The notes below the pieces were generated by a model. The model was not told the DNA's origin. It made no database searches and was given only the letters and a program-made list of their open reading frames with translations. Below are positions 62,453 through 64,000 of a stretch of 64,000 bases of DNA, one piece after another. The position numbers and the translations under genes were made by a program. This DNA is from Takakia lepidozioides (Eukaryota; Plantae; Bryophyta). Every line of letters begins with the position of its first letter. Position 1 is the stretch's first letter. The DNA is taken from assembly GCA_030704615.1 (NCBI GenBank), contig CM060731.1, positions 64,976,001-65,040,000 on the forward strand, read 5' to 3'.

Positions 62453-64000
62453 CGGAAGAAACTCAATTGATTCAAGTGAATCTGGGAACAGTGGAAGAAC
62501 CACAAATAATACGAGTAAGTGCAGGTCTTGAAGAAACATTTCTACAAGAAGCTACTGCATTATTCACTAAATACAAGGATGTATTTGCCTGGAACTACAA
62601 AGATTTGAAGGGTATACCTTCTAATATCTGTCAACACCGAATTGAATTGGAAGTTGACACAAAACCAATTCGTTAGAACCGTTACAGAATGAACCCCAAC
62701 TATGCAACTAAAGTTTGGGAAGAAATCAAGAAGTTATTGGATGCAGGATTCATATACCCAGTAGAGACACCACAATGGTTATCACCCATTGTGATAGTAC
62801 CCAAGAAAAATGGAAAACTACGAGTGTGTGTGGACTACCGCAAGTTAAACGCAGGAACCAAGAAAGACCCTTTTCCACTACCTTTCACTGAAATAGTGTT
62901 GGACACAGTGGCTGGACATGAGATGTACTCATTCATGGATGGGTTTAGTGGATACAACCAGGTACAGATGGCAGAAGAAGACCGAGAAAAGACTGCATTC
63001 ATCACTGAATGGGGAGCATATGCTTACAAAGTCATGCCATTTGGACTTTGCAATGCACCAGCCACATTTCAACGAGTAGTATCTGAGATATTCAAGAACT
63101 ATCTCAATGATTTTATGCAGGTATTTTTGGATGATTTCAGTGTCTTCGGACAGAAAACCAAACATTTGGCACAGTTAAAACTTTGCCTACAAGCCTGCAG
63201 AAACAATGGAGTAAGTCTCAACCCGGGAAAATGTACATTCTGTGTGAATTCAGGATTATTATTGGGACACATTGTGTGCCAACAGGGAATTCCAGTAGAT
63301 CCAAAGAAAGTGGAGGTTATCCAGAAAATACCACCACCAGAAAATCCCAAGAAACTCAAGAGATTTCTGGGACAGACGAGCTATTATAGAAGGTACATGG
63401 ACAAATATGCTCACAGAGCGGCGCCAGTCTATAGACTACTGAAGCAAGATGCCGAATATTGATGGTCTCCAGCTTGCCAGGAATCATTTGATTCACTAAA
63501 AAAGGCACTCACAGCAGCGCCAATTCTGATAAATCCAAGATGGGATTTACCATTTCATGTACACAGTGATGCATCAGGCATTGCTTTGGGAGCGGTTCTA
63601 GCTCAGAATGTGACAGGCACAATAGATTCACCAATCTATTATGCAAGCAGGTTACTAACAACAGCCGAAAAGAATTATAGCACCACAGAAAGGGAAACAT
63701 TGGCAATGATTTATGTTGTTCAAAAATTTCGGCATTATTTACTTGGCAATCAATTTAAGTTTCTTGTGGATCATCAGGCTCTAGTTCATTTAGCAAATCG
63801 ACCACTAGCTAATGGCAGGGTTGCTCGATGGTTATTATTTCTTCATGAGTATGACTTTGAAGTTGTTCATAAACTAGGGAGATTACATGTTATAGCAAAT
63901 CATCTGTCAAGGATTACTACAGGAGAACCAGCCACGGGGGTAGAGGATCAACTTCCCGATGCATTTCTGTTTGCTGTTCAACCAGAAGCACCAGATGAAG
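62453..64000 (+). pseudogene. gypsy RT-RNase H region (in-frame stops)
   Basis: ORF 62689-63462 carries RT motifs. RNase H motifs follow a stop at ~63460. Confidence 0.9.

Larger units (their letters stand above)
52789..64000 (+). mobile_element. Ty3/gypsy LTR retrotransposon (degenerate; runs off the window; interrupted by a DNA transposon at 54339-60080)
   Basis: 5' LTR and PBS, then gag with three CCHC-like knuckles (CHKCGTAGHLATEC, CDICHMNNHNTSHC, CHNCKKEGHWKHEC), protease remnant VLIDGRS, RT (LRVCVDYRKLN, MPFGLCNAPATFQR, FLDDF) and RNase H (VHSDAS). Stops and frameshifts are present. Confidence 0.92.

Overview
Nuclear DNA of a land plant, probably a non-seed plant (inferred from the highly regular PLS-type PPR repeats and the retroelement types; species not determinable). 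Left part (1-26 kb): three tRNA-derived SINE-like copies, a 2-exon secreted LRR protein, a multi-exon ABC1/UbiB atypical kinase, a small 3-exon hydrophilic protein missed by the ORF track, and SOQ1 (HAD-TM-Trx-NHL). Right part (27-60 kb): a family of four PLS-PPR-DYW (C-to-U editing factor type) loci. Their key feature is an N-terminal, exon-encoded tandem array of the 'PDF motif' (W..FF.DP..WWDNR.KK/I.PR.PDFKHK.T...LW....P.WV), which I recognise as the ssDNA-binding module of plant organellar OSB proteins. Two apparently intact copies form a ~15 kb inverted duplication and differ by exactly three PLS triplets and one PDF unit. A third copy is frameshifted. A fourth, scrambled copy is carried inside a 5.7 kb non-autonomous DNA transposon (perfect 16-bp TIRs, 8-bp TSD), which sits in a Ty3/gypsy element that in turn interrupts a LINE. 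All splice models were made by hand from the sequence, without transcript data.
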